DNA of 64,000 nt from Candidatus Fermentibacterota bacterium (lineage in GTDB: Bacteria > Fermentibacterota > Fermentibacteria > Fermentibacterales > JCC-6), in the NCBI GenBank assembly GCA_963845085.1, contig CAWJQI010000004.1, positions 768,001 to 832,000 on the forward strand, read 5' to 3'. The position numbers were made by a program, and so were the translations under genes. The notes under the pieces were generated by a model. That model had not been told where the DNA came from. It saw only the letters and a list, made by a program, of their open reading frames with translations, and searched no databases. This document shows positions 61,680 to 64,000 of this stretch, piece after piece; the first letter of the stretch is position 1; each line of letters opens with the position of its first letter.

Positions 61680-62309
61680 ATGGCGCTTCAGGTTCGTGCC
61701 ACGAGAATGGAGCTGCTTCAGCTGAAGCGCAGGGTGAAGCTTGCCAGACGGGGCCACAAGCTGCTGAAGGACAAGCTGGACGAGCTGATGCGGCAATTCA
61801 AGATCCTCATCGCCGACTATGCCGGCGCCAGGGTGCACCTTGAGGGCGAGCTGCACAAAGCCTACGGCCAGTTCCTCTTCGCAAGGGCGGCCATGCACCG
61901 GGAGGCTCTGCTTGACGCCCTGGCCTACCCGGGGGCAAGGGCTGTTGTCTCCACCGACACCCGCAGGGTGATGAACCTCACCCTGCCGACCTTCAGTGTG
62001 TCGGTTGAGGGAACGGTCAGAAACTACGGTCTGTTCGACACCCCCCCCGAGCTGGATGAAGCCCTGGAGGTGTACAGACAGGTTCTTCCGTCGATAATCA
62101 GGCTGGCCGAGCAGGAAAAGGCCATCACGCTCATAGCCCACGAGATAGACTCGACAAGGCGCCGGGTGAACGCCCTTGAGTACGTCCTCATTCCCGATTA
62201 CGAGGCCGCCATCGGAAGGGTACGGCTGAAGCTGGCGGAGATGGACCGCTCCAACACCACAAGGCTCATGAAGGTGAAGGAGATGGCCGACGCCAAGCGC
62301 AGTATCTAG
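61680..62309 (+). CDS. atpD: V/A-type ATP synthase subunit D
   Basis: TRMELL.LK.R...A.RGHKLLKDK, TRRRVNALEYVLIP, RLMKVK. Confidence 0.96.
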   Translation: MALQVRATRMELLQLKRRVKLARRGHKLLKDKLDELMRQFKILIADYAGARVHLEGELHKAYGQFLFARAAMHREALLDALAYPGARAVVSTDTRRVMNLTLPTFSVSVEGTVRNYGLFDTPPELDEALEVYRQVLPSIIRLAEQEKAITLIAHEIDSTRRRVNALEYVLIPDYEAAIGRVRLKLAEMDRSNTTRLMKVKEMADAKRSI

Positions 62310-62312
62310 CTG

Positions 62313-63997
62313 TTACCTGATGATGCTGAGGTAGCCCGGCTCGTTATAATCTGCCCGGAAATGAAGCCATAATTGATCCTGCCCGGGCAGGGACTATCAT
62401 ATCGTGCGGCTCGATCTCCCGCGAGAGGTAAACTTTTCCGGTTATCGCAAGATCCTCGGTATTCATGACGATCATTGAATCGGATGAGGACGGGTCATTG
62501 GGATAGTAGGCGTACTGAATCTCCTGAAGCCTCGATGATTACGGTCTGCGAGGGTATACCGGGCAGATTGCGTGAATCAAGCACTTCAAGGCTGAACGGA
62601 TTCAGTGTATACAGGTCGCCAGTACCGGACAGAACGCACATATCGCCATCGGAAGTTATGAAAGGGTTGGATGAAACCGGTATGGGGCTGGAAGCGGCAA
62701 TTGCCAGGGTTGCCGGGTTGAGCCTGCATAGGCCTTCCTCTCCTCCCCAGATGTATGTGCCGCACCCTTCCAGAAGCCATCCCCTGGAAAACGCGAAGTC
62801 CAGCGTGTCAATGAAGGTCATGCTGTTCATGTCGAGAACCAGCGATGTCTGGCTGCCTTCAGGGCACAGAACCACCCTGGCGTCCATTTCGCCCGCTATC
62901 ATGGCACTGCAGGTGAAACCCATCGGGAAAGAACTGATGGTTTGCAGGTCATTCTCATCAAGAAGATCGATGTACATGCCGTACGGGTCATCGTAGGAGA
63001 TAAGAACCCCGTTCCGGCTGGATACATGGCAGTATGAATGAATGTCACCGGGAGTCAGCCTTCTTATGTACACGCCTTGATCGGTATTTATTCTACTTAT
63101 ACCCGGAATATCATATATATACCAATCTGTTCTGTCAGAAAAATAAAGGTATTTGCCGCTGAGTGAAGCTGCCCACAGACCAATGCTGGAGCACTCCTCG
63201 CCAGAATCAAACAAGTACCTGAAGGCTCCCAGCCTCCATGGGAGTTCTCCGTTATGGCTGTACTGCACCATGTTGCTCTTCGATGCATGCCCCTCGGCAT
63301 CGGTGGTGGTCACCTGGAAGTAGACGGGATAATCTGGATTCGAGGCACTCACTGCAAGGGTATCGTTCACATCGTGGAAGACGCCGATTGTGTCTCCGGG
63401 TGCGTAAAGACCCAGCCGCATCACAACGGTGTAGCTCGAAAAGTCCGGGTCGGGGCAGGGTGACCAATGCAGACGGCACTGCCCCATGAGAAGATCATCC
63501 ACGTCAAGCACCGATGGAGTGGGAAAACCTGTTGTTGGTGTAGTGATCGGTTCCTCGTTGCTCCAGAGAACCGTTGAATCAGCAAGCAGCGCACTGACGG
63601 CGTAGTAGTATGTAGTGCTCCAGGCAAGTGAATCGGAATCAGGAAAACTGAGCATGGTGGTGGTTCCCAGAGTTCGGTAATCAACGCTTCCCGTGGGTAT
63701 ACCGGGGCCAAGGGCTCTGTGAACGGAGTAACTGACAACCCGGTGGTGATCCGGTGAAAGCCATGATGCGGTGACCTCGCAGTATGGTTCCCCCGCAGGC
63801 CCGATGCGCGTTGCTACAGCAAGAGCAGTTGCCCCCGGGGTTTCGCCGGTTGAATCGCCGGTGAAAATAACGGAGTCAAGAAGGAAATCGGGAAGGTCCG
63901 GTTCTGAGGGACTGCTGTTACAGCCTGAACAAACGAGTGCGGCAAGGGAAACCAGGAGTGCGGCTTTGCAGACGGACGAAACGAGTGTTGACGACAT
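62313..63997 (-). CDS. Lipoprotein with fibronectin-III-like domains and a YVTN/YncE-like beta-propeller; two probable frameshifts near the 3' end
   Basis: Leader ending LVCSGC; SW....YSVHR...F.D..L....YYYAVSA (FN3-like); blade-like segments LDxNxLxxI. The ORF stops at 62495, but protein-like sequence continues in other frames to TAA at 62313-62315. Confidence 0.7.
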
Positions 63998-64000
63998 GAC

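Overview
A GC-rich bacterial chromosome segment that spans the replication origin. The core is parB-parA-rsmG-mnmG-mnmE-yidC-yidD-rnpA-rpmH on the minus strand, diverging from dnaA-oriC-dnaN-dciA-gyrB-gyrA on the plus strand, with two parS sites and no recF. The gene content fits an anaerobic, Na+-cycling amino-acid fermenter: a methylmalonyl-CoA epimerase/MeaB/Na+-pumping decarboxylase cluster, ptb-buk-iorAB, a complete V/A-type ATP synthase operon with a Na+-type K subunit, and secreted proteins with FlgD-Ig/T9SS-like C-termini. This suggests a diderm FCB-type lineage such as Ca. Fermentibacterota (inference only). The most unusual element is a tightly coupled six-gene minus-strand operon (1014-5221). 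It encodes four ferredoxin-domain proteins that all carry Sec- or lipoprotein-type leaders without a twin-arginine motif, a ~400-aa outer-membrane beta-barrel, and a Cys-bearing DsbD_2/CcdA-like membrane protein. It is a candidate heme-free 'porin-ferredoxin' electron conduit across the envelope. Other points of note: (1) a tandem array of self-contained beta-propeller gene units with constant ends and variable cores, just after tRNA-Ser(CGA); (2) a second DnaA-box cluster directly upstream of the ATP synthase operon; (3) an unrecognised 1184-aa protein coupled to gyrA; (4) an M23-less bactofilin partner. Several frameshifts (atpB, the propeller genes, the last lipoprotein) look like consensus or assembly errors. 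No CRISPR array, transposase or integrase was seen.
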